A DNA stretch of 64,000 nucleotides from Thermoplasmata archaeon (GTDB taxonomy: Archaea > Thermoplasmatota > Thermoplasmata > RBG-16-68-12 > JAGMCJ01). Both the position numbers and the translations under genes were made by a program. Below the pieces are notes generated by a model. That model made no database searches. It was not told where the DNA came from and saw only the letters and a list, made by a program, of their open reading frames with translations. The DNA is taken from positions 667-64,666 of the forward strand of contig JAGLRN010000002.1 in assembly GCA_023136265.1 (NCBI GenBank), given 5' to 3'. Positions within the stretch are counted from its first letter, which is position 1. The number at the start of each line of letters is the position of its first letter. This document shows positions 1-9,946 of this stretch, in pieces.

Positions 1-62
1 CAATACTATTAAAGCCCGGTCGGGTATTTGTTTCCAGAAGGTAACACGGGAGCTATAGCATC

Positions 63-1232
63 GTGAAAATCCTCCAGTTGTGCGTCAGGTTTCCACCCGC
101 CCCTGGGGGCGCTGAGACGCACGTACACTCGATCTCGAAGGAGCTAGTGAAGAGGGGTCACGACGTCACCGTGTTCACGTCGGATCTCTACACGGAGACG
201 CCGTTCGTTCGACTGACCGAGGTGCCTGACAGAATCGATGGCATACCGGTCAGGAGGTTCCGAGCCCACACGATGGGTGGAGAGATGCACTACGTCCTCG
301 TTCCATCCCTCTTGCGGGAATCGATCAGAGAGAAGGTCGATGTCGTCCACGCCCACTCCTATGGATACTTCCACGTCAATGCCGCCCTCCTCATGAGAAG
401 ATTGCGCGGTGTCCCCTTCGTTTTCACTCCTCACTTCCATCCAGAGTGGTCGATGTGGGGCGGGAGCAGAAGGAGATTGCTGAGGAGGATCTACGACAAG
501 CTGCTTGGACCGACCATTCTCGATTCCGCGGACAGGATCATCGGCGTCTCGAAGGCAGAGATGAGCCTCATGAACGGGGGTCGCTTCGCGGAGGGAAGGA
601 CCACGATTATACCGAACGGGATCTCGCCCGAGGACTTCGACCCGCCTCCAGACGGTCGACTTTTCAGAGAGCGCTATGGATTGGGTGGGAAGGTCGCCCT
701 CTTCGTCGGGCGTCTTGCGTCCAACAAAGGTCTGGACACGCTGGTGGATTCCATTCCAAAGGTAATCACTGAGCAAGATGACGTCAAGTTCGTCCTCGTC
801 GGGCAGGATGAAGGAATGAGGGAGAGTCTGCTCAAGAAGGCAGATTCTCTGGGTGTTTCGGATGCCCTTGTCTTCACAGGCCACATCACCGATGACCGCC
901 TGTTCAGGAGCGCATTCGCCTCCTCTGATGTGTTTGTGCTTCCCTCCGAGTACGAGGCTTTTGGAATTGTGCTACTGGAGGCGATGATGTGCGAGAAACC
1001 CTGCATAGCGAGTGCCGTGGGTGGAACGTCGGAAGCCGTTGTTCACAATGAGACTGGACTTCTGGTCGAGTACGGGAACGCTGACGAGCTCGCAGATGTG
1101 ATATCTGGAGTCCTGTCAGATCCCCAGAAGGCGAAGGAGATGGGCAAGAAAGGGAAGGAACGGGTTCTCAGGAAGTTCACATGGGAACGCATCGCGACTG
1201 AGATCGAGAACGTCTACGAAGAGCTGGTCTGA
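63..1232 (+). CDS. Glycosyltransferase family 4 (GT-B)
   Basis: GG.E start motif, LFVGRL, PS.YEAFGIVLLEAM (E-X7-E) motif. Confidence 0.93.
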   Translation: MKILQLCVRFPPAPGGAETHVHSISKELVKRGHDVTVFTSDLYTETPFVRLTEVPDRIDGIPVRRFRAHTMGGEMHYVLVPSLLRESIREKVDVVHAHSYGYFHVNAALLMRRLRGVPFVFTPHFHPEWSMWGGSRRRLLRRIYDKLLGPTILDSADRIIGVSKAEMSLMNGGRFAEGRTTIIPNGISPEDFDPPPDGRLFRERYGLGGKVALFVGRLASNKGLDTLVDSIPKVITEQDDVKFVLVGQDEGMRESLLKKADSLGVSDALVFTGHITDDRLFRSAFASSDVFVLPSEYEAFGIVLLEAMMCEKPCIASAVGGTSEAVVHNETGLLVEYGNADELADVISGVLSDPQKAKEMGKKGKERVLRKFTWERIATEIENVYEELV

Positions 1233-1332
1233 GACCACTTGACCTTGCGACACGACAGCGCGGTGTACCGACCGGAATGCCTCATCTTTGGCAGCTTGTC
1301 AATAATCGAATCCAAACGCTCGGCGATGTCTC

Positions 1333-2505
1333 TCATCCTCGCAGAGCTTTGTGATAGAGCTCAACCAGTCTTTCCGTCGAGCTCCGCCAACTATAGTCCT
1401 GCGCCGATTCGAGCGCTCCTGCTCTCAACCTTGCTGCCAGGTCTGAATCCCCCAGGACGCTCAGGATCGCTTGGGCCAGCCCATTCGGGTCACCCGCCTT
1501 GACCAGGAGACCGTTCTCGGCATGCCGGATGATCTCTCTCGTCGAGGGAACGTCACTCGTTATCACAGGCAGTCCGCATGCCATGTACTCGAAAATCTTC
1601 AGCGGGGAGAAGCCATAGTCTACGTGAGGATAAGGTGCGACCGCCACATCGCTTTCCACGAGGATGCGCGGGATTTCCTTGTGCTCGACCCTGCCAAGGA
1701 AACTGACCCTATCCGTGATGCCAAGGCTCTCTGTCTGTGCTATCAGATGGCCGATCTCGTACTCCTTCGCACCACCGACGAGCAACAGCCTCATGTTGGC
1801 TTGCTTGGCAAGAGCTATCGGAAATGCCCGTAACAGCTGATCAACGCCGTGCCAGGGCCCCAGAGCCCCGACGAAGCACACAATCGAGTCGCTCCCCGCG
1901 TTTAGCCTGTCACGAATGCCGAAGGGTTCGACTCCAGGACTGAAAAGGTCGAGGTCCACACCGTTTGGAATGACGTCGACCTTGTTCGCATCCGCTCCCC
2001 ATTCATCAACCGCAACTCGCCTAAGGCTCTCACTCACGGCAAAGGCATGATTCGCCCTCCGCAACGTCCGCTGACACCACCACAAAGCCATTCCCCGATA
2101 AAGTCTCGTGGCCGCGATTCTCGAAACCAGGGCTTCCGTCCTTATCCAGTCATCATCGATTTGGAGGACCGTGGGTATCCCTGCCTTGCGGGCGATGGAA
2201 ATGCCCGACCCGCCGAAGAGATAGCCGCGGTCGTGTACGATGTCGAACTTATGCTCCCGCAGCAAGGTCTTGACCTTGCTCTTCGCGTTCCACGTGAAGA
2301 ACAGCCTACTCAACGGAACATCTTTCGAGAACACCCTGTGGTATGTAATCCCTGTCTCGTGGGAGGGACTGTTGTCGTCCCTTCGGCAGATGAGATGGAC
2401 CTCGATTCCCATTTCAACGAGGTTCTTCGCGAATTCGAACTGATGAACGGACTGAGCCAACGGCTCAGGAATCTTCACCGAGGGAGCCACCATGCAGACG
2501 CGCAT
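1333..2505 (-). CDS. Glycosyltransferase family 4
   Basis: IPNGVD, FVGAL..WHG, SPLKIFEYMACGLPVI; ATG 2505 chosen (ORF opens at 2520). Confidence 0.9.
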   Translation of the reverse strand: MRVCMVAPSVKIPEPLAQSVHQFEFAKNLVEMGIEVHLICRRDDNSPSHETGITYHRVFSKDVPLSRLFFTWNAKSKVKTLLREHKFDIVHDRGYLFGGSGISIARKAGIPTVLQIDDDWIRTEALVSRIAATRLYRGMALWWCQRTLRRANHAFAVSESLRRVAVDEWGADANKVDVIPNGVDLDLFSPGVEPFGIRDRLNAGSDSIVCFVGALGPWHGVDQLLRAFPIALAKQANMRLLLVGGAKEYEIGHLIAQTESLGITDRVSFLGRVEHKEIPRILVESDVAVAPYPHVDYGFSPLKIFEYMACGLPVITSDVPSTREIIRHAENGLLVKAGDPNGLAQAILSVLGDSDLAARLRAGALESAQDYSWRSSTERLVELYHKALRG

Positions 2506-2568
2506 AATTTCATGTGACAAGTTACCGCATCTCTATTTACTTTTTGCCCGTGCCTGGACCGCGAATCG

Positions 2569-3768
2569 CTAGGAAGCCTGGGCTTGCTGGGAAACGCGCC
2601 GATAGACCCCCAAGGTTCGAGTGGCCATTCTCTCCGCGCTGAACCTCTCCAGGCTGATCTTCCGCGCATTTTCTGCCATCTTCAAGCGAATCTCATCGTC
2701 GGACAGCAACCTCATCAGATATGAGACAAGAGCGCTGATGTCCCGAGGCTCGAATAGAAAGCCGGTCTCTCCATGCGAGACCGCAGCTGGAGTTCCACCG
2801 ATGTTGGACGAGATAATCGGCAGGCCAGATGCCAAAGCCTCGGCCAAGACCAGAGGGAACCCTTCCACGTGAGTTGTCGGAAACACCAAGACGTCGCTGG
2901 AAGCATACAGAACAGGGAGGTCCTCCTCAGGCACGAAACCTGAGAACACGATGTTTTCGGAGATGTCGAGACTGTTCGCCAGTTCCTGGAGATGATGGAG
3001 ATACGGACCACTGCCCGCCACGACCATCACCACATCGCCGACGTCCTTGATCACATCGGCAAGGGCTCGAATCGCATATTGGGCGCCTTTCTCCTCGACC
3101 AGTCTTCCGACAAACAGAACCATCTTGCGATCTCCAATAGAGAACTGCTTCCTGATCTGTTCACCATCCAAGGCGGGGGTGAAGATCTCTGTGTCGGTCC
3201 CGTTTGGGACCACGGTCACTGCATCAGGTTTCGCGAACTTGAACCTCACCAGATGGTCTCTTATCTGGGAACTGACTGCGATTACTGCTTTCGACGACTT
3301 GTAGACAGAGTAGTGATGCGGAAGATACATTAGCGTTCCAGCCATGCCCACTGGTTTGCTACGTAAATGATGCGTGACTATGTGCGTCCTCGTATCGCTG
3401 AGCGGCGTTCCGTGACAGGTGGCAACCACCGGTATTCCGAATTCCCCAGCCAACCCCAAAGAGGAATATCCGCCTATGCTCTGGCTATGAATGACGTCAT
3501 AGGGGTTGGCTGACTGCAGATCCCGAACCGCCTTCTTGCTGGCCCTCCACCACTCGATCGAATACTTGCCAGGTTCCGTGCCCCCCAGGTACATAATTCT
3601 CTGATTCTCAACTTCGCCATCCTCATGCCTACCATGAGGATGTGATGTCGTGATGATGTCAACCTCGTGACCGAGCTTGCAGAGGCCATCACAAAGCAGG
3701 CTCGTTTGTCTTTCCATGCCTCCAACCTGGTGAGCCATCACAGACCTTGTGAGAAAACATATCCGCAT
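2569..3768 (-). CDS. Glycosyltransferase family 4
   Basis: GGMER, VPNGTD, FVGRLVEEKG, EGFPLVLAEALASG. Confidence 0.92.
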   Translation of the reverse strand: MRICFLTRSVMAHQVGGMERQTSLLCDGLCKLGHEVDIITTSHPHGRHEDGEVENQRIMYLGGTEPGKYSIEWWRASKKAVRDLQSANPYDVIHSQSIGGYSSLGLAGEFGIPVVATCHGTPLSDTRTHIVTHHLRSKPVGMAGTLMYLPHHYSVYKSSKAVIAVSSQIRDHLVRFKFAKPDAVTVVPNGTDTEIFTPALDGEQIRKQFSIGDRKMVLFVGRLVEEKGAQYAIRALADVIKDVGDVVMVVAGSGPYLHHLQELANSLDISENIVFSGFVPEEDLPVLYASSDVLVFPTTHVEGFPLVLAEALASGLPIISSNIGGTPAAVSHGETGFLFEPRDISALVSYLMRLLSDDEIRLKMAENARKISLERFSAERMATRTLGVYRRVSQQAQAS

Positions 3769-3875
3769 GTCCGCTTCGTTATCGCCACTGAATATAATAA
3801 CCTACCTCGCTGCCGAGAGGATGTTCCAATCGGCACCCAATAACGTTAAGAACCTCCTTATGATTCCAAGACCAA

Positions 3876-5564
3876 ATGAGGAAGTCCATTGCTTCTGCAC
3901 TCCTAGCTGTGTGCATATTCTCCATGTTTCTTAGGTTGTTCCCCTTAACGAGGTTCCTGTTCTGGGGAGCGGACGTCGGTGAGTACTACTACATCAGCAC
4001 GCAACTCATGGCGGATGGGTCGATATCTGGGACCTACGCCGGATGGGGGTTTGCATATCCGCTGTTCCCGGGCATGGAGACCGTCGTGGCAAGCACGTCA
4101 CTGCTTGGGATGGACGCCTCGATGGCCCTATCGCTGATGATCCCGATTCTGGCATCCCTTATCGTGTTCCCAATCTTCATGATAGCGACCGAAATCACGG
4201 GCGATGCCAGAGCTGGACTGATCGCAGCGGCGTTCATCGCAGTGGCCATGCCCCACGTCTATGCCACCTCCCATCCAATGCCGGCAGCCATGGGAGACCT
4301 GCTCTTCGCCACATGTCTGCTGCTCTTCCTGAAGTGGCTGAGGAATCCCAAGTTCGGGTTCCTGCTGTTCCCTGTCACTCTCGTCCTCATCGTCACACAT
4401 CACCTTTCAACGTATTTCCTTCTCATCTCTCTCATATTCGGAGTGTTCCTGGTCCAGCTTCTCAGGAGCCACACCTCGAAGGAAGTGCTGATGAGGGAGT
4501 TGACGTATGTGCTCTTCACGGCCGTCACCGCCGCTCTCTTCTGGTTCGTTGCGGCACCGGGTTTCGCCGAAGGAGTGCTCTCCAGCGAGAGCGCCTTCCT
4601 CTCTGCCGTCCTCTTCGGTTTGCTCGTGCTCGCGCTGGTCGCCGGTTCTCTCATAGTGTATGCGAGGAGGAAGCTCCTGCCGAATCTCGTGCTCAGATAT
4701 CCGACGTTCAGAAGGGCGGTCGTGACCTACGTCGCCGTCTTCGTGGCATCCCTCTCGATACTTCTCCTGAACGCGCTTGTCTTGGTTCCGGGCACAACTA
4801 TCAATCTCACACCAGTGATCGTCATCCTTTTCTTGCCCCTCGTTCTCTTCATATCCTTCGCGGGTCCCGGTTCCCGCCCAATCGGCTTCAACCGCGGTGG
4901 AACGTACCCGTTGGCCTGGACTCTCGCCATATCGATTTCCACTCTCGTTGGTGTGGCTGCCTCCAGCAAGGTCCTGCTCCCCTACCGTCACTTAGAGTAC
5001 CTCATGGTCCCAATCGCGGTGCTCGCGGGCGTGGGGACCGTCCATGCGTTCGGTCTCATTCACTTCGCGGAAAATCGTCGCCGAGCGGGGGTGGCCGTGG
5101 CGGTTGCCCTCGGTCTGATTGTGACGAACGCTGCCGTGGCTTACCCTCCGAGAGACCTCATGGGAGGCTGGGAAGAGGGCATGAAGCCAGAAGCGGTCAG
5201 TCTCGCTCTGTGGACAGGTGAACATACGGACGGCTTGGTCGCGGCGGACCATCGGGTCTCCACGATGCTGTTCGGCTTCGGACGAGTAGACGCGACATGG
5301 GACACGGTGACGCTCATCTTCCATGCTGAGGACTTCGACGAGGCCCGGGAGGAGCTCGAGAGCGTGGACTCACCCTCCGGGAGACAGAGGGCCGCCTACG
5401 TGGCGTTCGATAGTGATACTGTTACCGGTGTGACTCGGTATCCTTGGGACCCCGCCGAGCCGATGAGCGATGAGGCTGTCGAGAAATTCGAGACCGCCCC
5501 ATTCCAGAAGTTGTACGACGATGGCTATTCCAGTCTTTTCCTGATTAACTGGGGTCTGACGTAG
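3876..5564 (+). CDS. Multi-pass membrane protein, possibly GT-C-like glycosylation protein
   Basis: More than 12 hydrophobic segments, G.DV..Y loop after TM1, THHLS motif, soluble C-terminal domain; next to GT4 genes. Confidence 0.6.
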   Translation: MRKSIASALLAVCIFSMFLRLFPLTRFLFWGADVGEYYYISTQLMADGSISGTYAGWGFAYPLFPGMETVVASTSLLGMDASMALSLMIPILASLIVFPIFMIATEITGDARAGLIAAAFIAVAMPHVYATSHPMPAAMGDLLFATCLLLFLKWLRNPKFGFLLFPVTLVLIVTHHLSTYFLLISLIFGVFLVQLLRSHTSKEVLMRELTYVLFTAVTAALFWFVAAPGFAEGVLSSESAFLSAVLFGLLVLALVAGSLIVYARRKLLPNLVLRYPTFRRAVVTYVAVFVASLSILLLNALVLVPGTTINLTPVIVILFLPLVLFISFAGPGSRPIGFNRGGTYPLAWTLAISISTLVGVAASSKVLLPYRHLEYLMVPIAVLAGVGTVHAFGLIHFAENRRRAGVAVAVALGLIVTNAAVAYPPRDLMGGWEEGMKPEAVSLALWTGEHTDGLVAADHRVSTMLFGFGRVDATWDTVTLIFHAEDFDEAREELESVDSPSGRQRAAYVAFDSDTVTGVTRYPWDPAEPMSDEAVEKFETAPFQKLYDDGYSSLFLINWGLT

Positions 5565-5610
5565 GGCGGCAAGACAAAGGTTTATTTCGGAATCGGCAAT
5601 CCCACTGTGT

Positions 5611-6813
5611 ATGGATGTCTCCGCCATAAGGAAGGATTTCCCGGTGCTCCAAGGTGACGATGCACCGATATTCTTCGATAGTGCTTGCACGACACTGAGG
5701 CCCGCTCAGGTCCTCGAGGCGATGAGCGACTACTACGAGAAATATCCATCCTGCGGCGGGAGAAGCATACACAAGTTCGGAACCCGCGTGACCCTAGAGG
5801 TCGACGAGGCCAGGAAGAGTATCCATCGCTTCCTCAACTCGGAGAGACGAGAGGAGATCATATTCGTGAAGAACACGACGGAGGCGGTCAACATGGTCGC
5901 CTCGTGCCTCGGCTTCGAGCGGGGCGATGTCGTGCTGACAACGGACAAGGAACACAACTCCAATCTCGTTCCCTGGCATGAGCTCTCGAGGAAGAAGGGC
6001 GTGACGTACAGTGTCGTGAGGTCCAACGAGGACAACACGTTCTCCATGGAGAACCTCAAGGAGATGATGTCCAAGAAGGTCAGGCTCGTCAGCATGGTTC
6101 ACACTTCCAATCTCGATGGCCACACCATTCCAGCGAAGGAGATCGCGGAGGTCGTTCACGACTACGGCGGGCTGTTCATGATGGACGGTGCGCAGAGCGC
6201 GCCTCACCTGCCGGTCGATGTCCAGGACCTGGATGTGGATTTCTTCGCGTGCTCCATACACAAGATGTGTGGTCCGAGCGGCATGGGTGTGTTCTACGGG
6301 AAGTACGACCTTCTCGAGGAGCTCGACACGTTCATCGTTGGCGGGGATACGGTCTCGGATTCGACGTACGAGGGGTGCGAGATCCTGAAACCGCCCCACA
6401 AGTTCGAGGGGGGGCTCCAGAACTTCAGCGGCATCATAGGAGCCGGCGCGGCGGTGGACTACCTCTCGAACATCGGCCTCGTGGAAATCGAGGAGCATTC
6501 ACGCGCGCTCAATAGAAGGGGCACGAAACTGCTGGAGAACGTCGCCGGTCTGGAGATCCTGGGGCCGGACGTGGAAAACCGCGGAGCGATCCTGCCCTTC
6601 AACATGGAAGGACTCGATCCCCACGACGTCGCCATGATACTGGACGAGGTGGCAAACATAATGATCAGGAGCGGGATGCATTGTGTGCACAGCTGGTTCA
6701 ACGCCCACGGTGTCAAAGGTTGCTCGAGGGCATCTTTCTACATCTACAACACCGAAGAAGAGGTCGACATCCTCGGCGAGCAGATCGCCAAGATATCAGA
6801 GCAGTTCTCCTAG
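5611..6813 (+). CDS. sufS: Cysteine desulfurase, SufS-like (class V PLP enzyme)
   Basis: FFDSACT, EHNSNLVPW, DGAQS.PH, SIHKMCGPSG, RSGMHC. Confidence 0.9.
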   Translation: MDVSAIRKDFPVLQGDDAPIFFDSACTTLRPAQVLEAMSDYYEKYPSCGGRSIHKFGTRVTLEVDEARKSIHRFLNSERREEIIFVKNTTEAVNMVASCLGFERGDVVLTTDKEHNSNLVPWHELSRKKGVTYSVVRSNEDNTFSMENLKEMMSKKVRLVSMVHTSNLDGHTIPAKEIAEVVHDYGGLFMMDGAQSAPHLPVDVQDLDVDFFACSIHKMCGPSGMGVFYGKYDLLEELDTFIVGGDTVSDSTYEGCEILKPPHKFEGGLQNFSGIIGAGAAVDYLSNIGLVEIEEHSRALNRRGTKLLENVAGLEILGPDVENRGAILPFNMEGLDPHDVAMILDEVANIMIRSGMHCVHSWFNAHGVKGCSRASFYIYNTEEEVDILGEQIAKISEQFS

Positions 6814-7047
6814 CCTCCTGATGTAGACGACTTTCTGGCGGGCGTCCTCGAGTTTAATCCTCTCAACCACGACATCGCTGTTCTTGAGCTTGGAGAGCGC
6901 AAAACGCAGCGTTCTCGGACCCAATCCAGTCTCTTTGCGAAGCTCCTTGTGACTCATTGGGCCATTGTACAACAAAACTCTATAGACTAGCTTGGCCGAG
7001 GGAGGCATTCCTTCGAGGGCAAAGACCCGCCCTGTCGTTCCGGACAA
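6796..7047 (-). CDS. Small archaeal winged-HTH transcriptional regulator
   Basis: PPSAKLVY.VL...GPM...EL...T.L..RT.R.AL..L; alternative start ATG 7008. Confidence 0.75.
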   Translation of the reverse strand: MSGTTGRVFALEGMPPSAKLVYRVLLYNGPMSHKELRKETGLGPRTLRFALSKLKNSDVVVERIKLEDARQKVVYIRRLGELL

Positions 7048-7113
7048 GGTTCCTCATAGTTTTTCTCCTCCAAACCGATTATCAGCGGGGATGCAGATAA
7101 CTGTTTCGGAGGC

Positions 7114-7533
7114 TCAGTCGATTGAGAGGAACAGATACGCGCCGGAACCGCCGCTTCTGACCTCTAAGTGGATATCCCACGTGCCGCTAGACACCCTGAG
7201 AGAGCCGTCGTTGGCGGTCATTCTCAGCCCGTAGTCCTCCAATGTGAGATATCGCGTGTCCTCACCGATGAACCTGAACCTTATCGAGGCGCACAGAGGA
7301 GAGTCCAGCGGTCCCCCGAACTCGACAAAGTCTATGTGACGCAACACGCCGTCACGAAGCCTGACGGTGATGTCCGCTCGACCGCCCCCCGCATCGAGAT
7401 ACAGAACAGAGATGTTCACGAACCTGGCTATCTCGTTGACCAGATCATCCTCGGTCCTCAAACGGTCATACGTCTCGAACGCGGAAAGAATCATGGGAAC
7501 AGATATGGCGACGACGACGGCGAACAGAAGCAT
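7114..7533 (-). CDS. Pilin-like secreted protein; frame extends upstream to ACG 7587
   Basis: Hydrophobic N-terminus; in-frame upstream codons read SRSANNGGG-SVGLSTN. Confidence 0.55.
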   Translation of the reverse strand: MLLFAVVVAISVPMILSAFETYDRLRTEDDLVNEIARFVNISVLYLDAGGGRADITVRLRDGVLRHIDFVEFGGPLDSPLCASIRFRFIGEDTRYLTLEDYGLRMTANDGSLRVSSGTWDIHLEVRSGGSGAYLFLSID

Positions 7534-7590
7534 GTTCGTTGACAGACCGACCGAGCCGCCACCGTTATTCGCGCTTCGAGAGAGCGTGGG

Positions 7591-8052
7591 TCACACCCTG
7601 ACCACGGGAAAGGTTCTTGTCAATTTGATGTAGCCAGATTTCTCCACAAGTATCTCCAGATGGCCTATGGGCGACCCGCCATTTGGAAGGAACGTATCCG
7701 AGACATCGATACGAGCCTCACCGTCCTCATTCGTGGTCTCGTATTCCGACACCCCACAGCCTTGGACGACGACGACCGCTCCCGCCAACGGGTTCAGGCC
7801 TTGGTCGAACACGATAACCGTTATCCTCCTGGGCGAGACTTCCCCTTCCTCCGGGTCATACTCCAATGTGTCGATCTGTTCGCCACCGTCGGTGATCTGA
7901 ACGGACCGAATCGATTTCGGAGGTTCCAAGGATGACATCCATCCAAGGACCATCGCAATCACTATTCCCGTGATGACCACCGCTATGAGCAACTGAAGTG
8001 GCAGACCCTCGACAGAGCCGCTAGAACCCATCCTGATGCCTTTCAACCTCAC
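7591..8052 (-). CDS. Pilin-like protein with class III-type signal peptide and Ig/carboxypeptidase-regulatory-like domain
   Basis: GGAGG SD then GTG 8052; MRLKGIRMGSSG-SVEGLPLQLLIAVVI; the longer track ORF overlaps the tRNA. Confidence 0.65.
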   Translation of the reverse strand: MRLKGIRMGSSGSVEGLPLQLLIAVVITGIVIAMVLGWMSSLEPPKSIRSVQITDGGEQIDTLEYDPEEGEVSPRRITVIVFDQGLNPLAGAVVVVQGCGVSEYETTNEDGEARIDVSDTFLPNGGSPIGHLEILVEKSGYIKLTRTFPVVRV

Positions 8053-8129
8053 TGCATCCCTCCGGATGTTGAAACGCCCTTCAGAGTATTCAAGCTTCGT
8101 TCGATTACAATTGTGATTGTGCTCGCAAA

Positions 8130-8202
8130 AGCCACCGGAGAGATTCGAACTCCCGACCTGCTGATTACAAGTCAGCCGCTCTTCCAACTAAGCTACGGTG
8201 GC
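8130..8202 (-). tRNA. tRNA-Thr(UGU)
   Basis: GCCACCG acceptor stem, GCTGA-CTTGTAA-TCAGC anticodon arm, GTTCGAAT T-loop. Confidence 0.97.
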
Positions 8203-8304
8203 GCAGTGTGTCTCAAGCCCAGGCGGCTAATAAAGATTATGGCCTATTGAAAATCACATCACAACAAATATATAAGCCCCCTATTATCGTCGAATCGTGA
8301 TATA

Positions 8305-9906
8305 ATGGTGGATTGCCCCAGGTGTGGTGCATCCTTGCCAGACGACGCAGAGAAATGCGCGATCTGTGGCGGGGATATGAAGGAGATACTCTGCCCTGAG
8401 TGTGAGAAGCCACTGTCATATTTGGCTGAGCATGAAAGGTACTACTGCTATGAGTGCGAGACCTACGCACCGAAGGGAATAGAGATACGCGACGAAGAGA
8501 GGAAGTGCCCGGAGTGCGAAAAATACCTGACGTATGTGTCCCAGTACGACAGATGGTACTGCTTCAACTGTCAGACCTACGCGCCCAAAGAGGAGGTGGA
8601 AGAGACGCCAGAGGAAGAAGAGCCGGAAGAGCCCGAGGAAGAGGAGAGACCAGAGCTGACGGAGGAAATCGTGAAGGCTTCGAAGCGCGACGATCTTGTA
8701 GTGCTCTGCAGGGCCTACGGGCTGAGGGTTGGCGGGAAAAAGAAGGCCCTCCAGGACAGACTCCTTGCCTACATGGAAGAGCAAGAAGAAATCCAGCCAC
8801 CTGAGGAGGAGGCTCCTCCGGAGGAAGCCGAGGAAGAGGTTCCTGAAGAGAGGGAACTACCTGAACCGCCCGAGGAAGAGCCGCCCGAAGCAGAGGAAGA
8901 GACCGAGGAGGCGCCCACCGAAGAGGCTCCTGAAGAGGAGGCCGTTCCAGAAGAGGCGGACGTCGAAAAGGAGATGGAAGAAGAGGGCGTGGAAGAGATT
9001 CCAGAGCCCCCTCCCGAAGAAGAAGAGCCGCCCGAGGTCCCGCCTGAGGAGAAACCTCCCGTTGAGAAGAAGGTCATGCCCGCGGTGGTGAAGGCTCCGC
9101 CAAAGAAGGAGCCCCCAGAGATCGAGAAGCCGAAGGTCAAGAGATGTTCCACGTGCGGGGAACCTCTAACGTATGTCGCCAAGTACGAGAGGTGGTTCTG
9201 CTCGACGTGCAAGAAGTATGCGCCTGAAGCCAAGAAGGCGGAAGTCAGGGTCAAGAAGTGCCCCACATGCGGGGAGGCTCTAACATACTACTCGCAATAC
9301 GACAGATGGTACTGCCACACGTGTAAGGAGTATGCGCCGAAAGAGGCCAAGAAGCCCGAGGTGGCGGTCGCGGAGGGGGTATGCCCGAGGTGCCATGGCA
9401 AGGCCAGTTACATGAAGAAGTATGACAGATGGTACTGCCACACATGCAGGTCCTACCTGCCCGCCAAGAAGCCAACGGTGGTCGTGAAGAAGAAAGCGGC
9501 AAAGAAGTGCCCGACTTGTGGGGAGGACCTCACGTACGTCGAGAAGCACAATCGGTACTACTGCTACGTCTGTGCGAAGTACGCTCCAAGTGAGGCCCCG
9601 GCCAGGGCGGCTCGTCCAGCCGCAGTCGCAGTACCAGTGGGGAGATCTGGAAGCGCGAAGGCCGGGATTGCCATGATAGGGACGGGAGCCGCGTTCTTCC
9701 TGGTTTCCGGACTCCTGACACTGTTCATCGCCATGGGAATGATCTCTGAGTTCTCCTTCTATGAGAGCTCCGGTCGGATAATCACGCTGTACGGCATGTC
9801 TCTTACTACGGGTTTGTTCGACCTGTTCCTGTTCCTTGGCATCGTCTTCGTTCTGTTCGGTGTCGTCGCGGGTCTTGTCGCTACAACGAGCCCCAAGAGG
9901 AGATAG
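8305..9906 (+). CDS. Membrane-anchored protein with 7 zinc ribbons, SAP-like motif and Glu/Pro-rich linker
   Basis: Six C-x2-C-x4-(T/S)Y-x5-(W/Y)(Y/F)C-x2-C repeats, an N-terminal ribbon, KRDDLVVLCRAYGLRVGGKKKALQDRL, two C-terminal TMs. Confidence 0.8.
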   Translation: MVDCPRCGASLPDDAEKCAICGGDMKEILCPECEKPLSYLAEHERYYCYECETYAPKGIEIRDEERKCPECEKYLTYVSQYDRWYCFNCQTYAPKEEVEETPEEEEPEEPEEEERPELTEEIVKASKRDDLVVLCRAYGLRVGGKKKALQDRLLAYMEEQEEIQPPEEEAPPEEAEEEVPEERELPEPPEEEPPEAEEETEEAPTEEAPEEEAVPEEADVEKEMEEEGVEEIPEPPPEEEEPPEVPPEEKPPVEKKVMPAVVKAPPKKEPPEIEKPKVKRCSTCGEPLTYVAKYERWFCSTCKKYAPEAKKAEVRVKKCPTCGEALTYYSQYDRWYCHTCKEYAPKEAKKPEVAVAEGVCPRCHGKASYMKKYDRWYCHTCRSYLPAKKPTVVVKKKAAKKCPTCGEDLTYVEKHNRYYCYVCAKYAPSEAPARAARPAAVAVPVGRSGSAKAGIAMIGTGAAFFLVSGLLTLFIAMGMISEFSFYESSGRIITLYGMSLTTGLFDLFLFLGIVFVLFGVVAGLVATTSPKRR

Positions 9907-9946
9907 CCAAGCATTCTTGTCTCCGCAGTGTATTCGAGTGCGTGCA

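Noticed and set aside
8053-8187. Extended start of the 198-aa ORF
   Set aside because: It overlaps tRNA-Thr, and a better SD-linked GTG exists at 8052.
8800-9070. GAA/GAG-rich repeats (also the P0/P1 tails at 11470-11530 and 11810-11880)
   Set aside because: Explained by coding for Glu/Lys/Pro-rich linkers.
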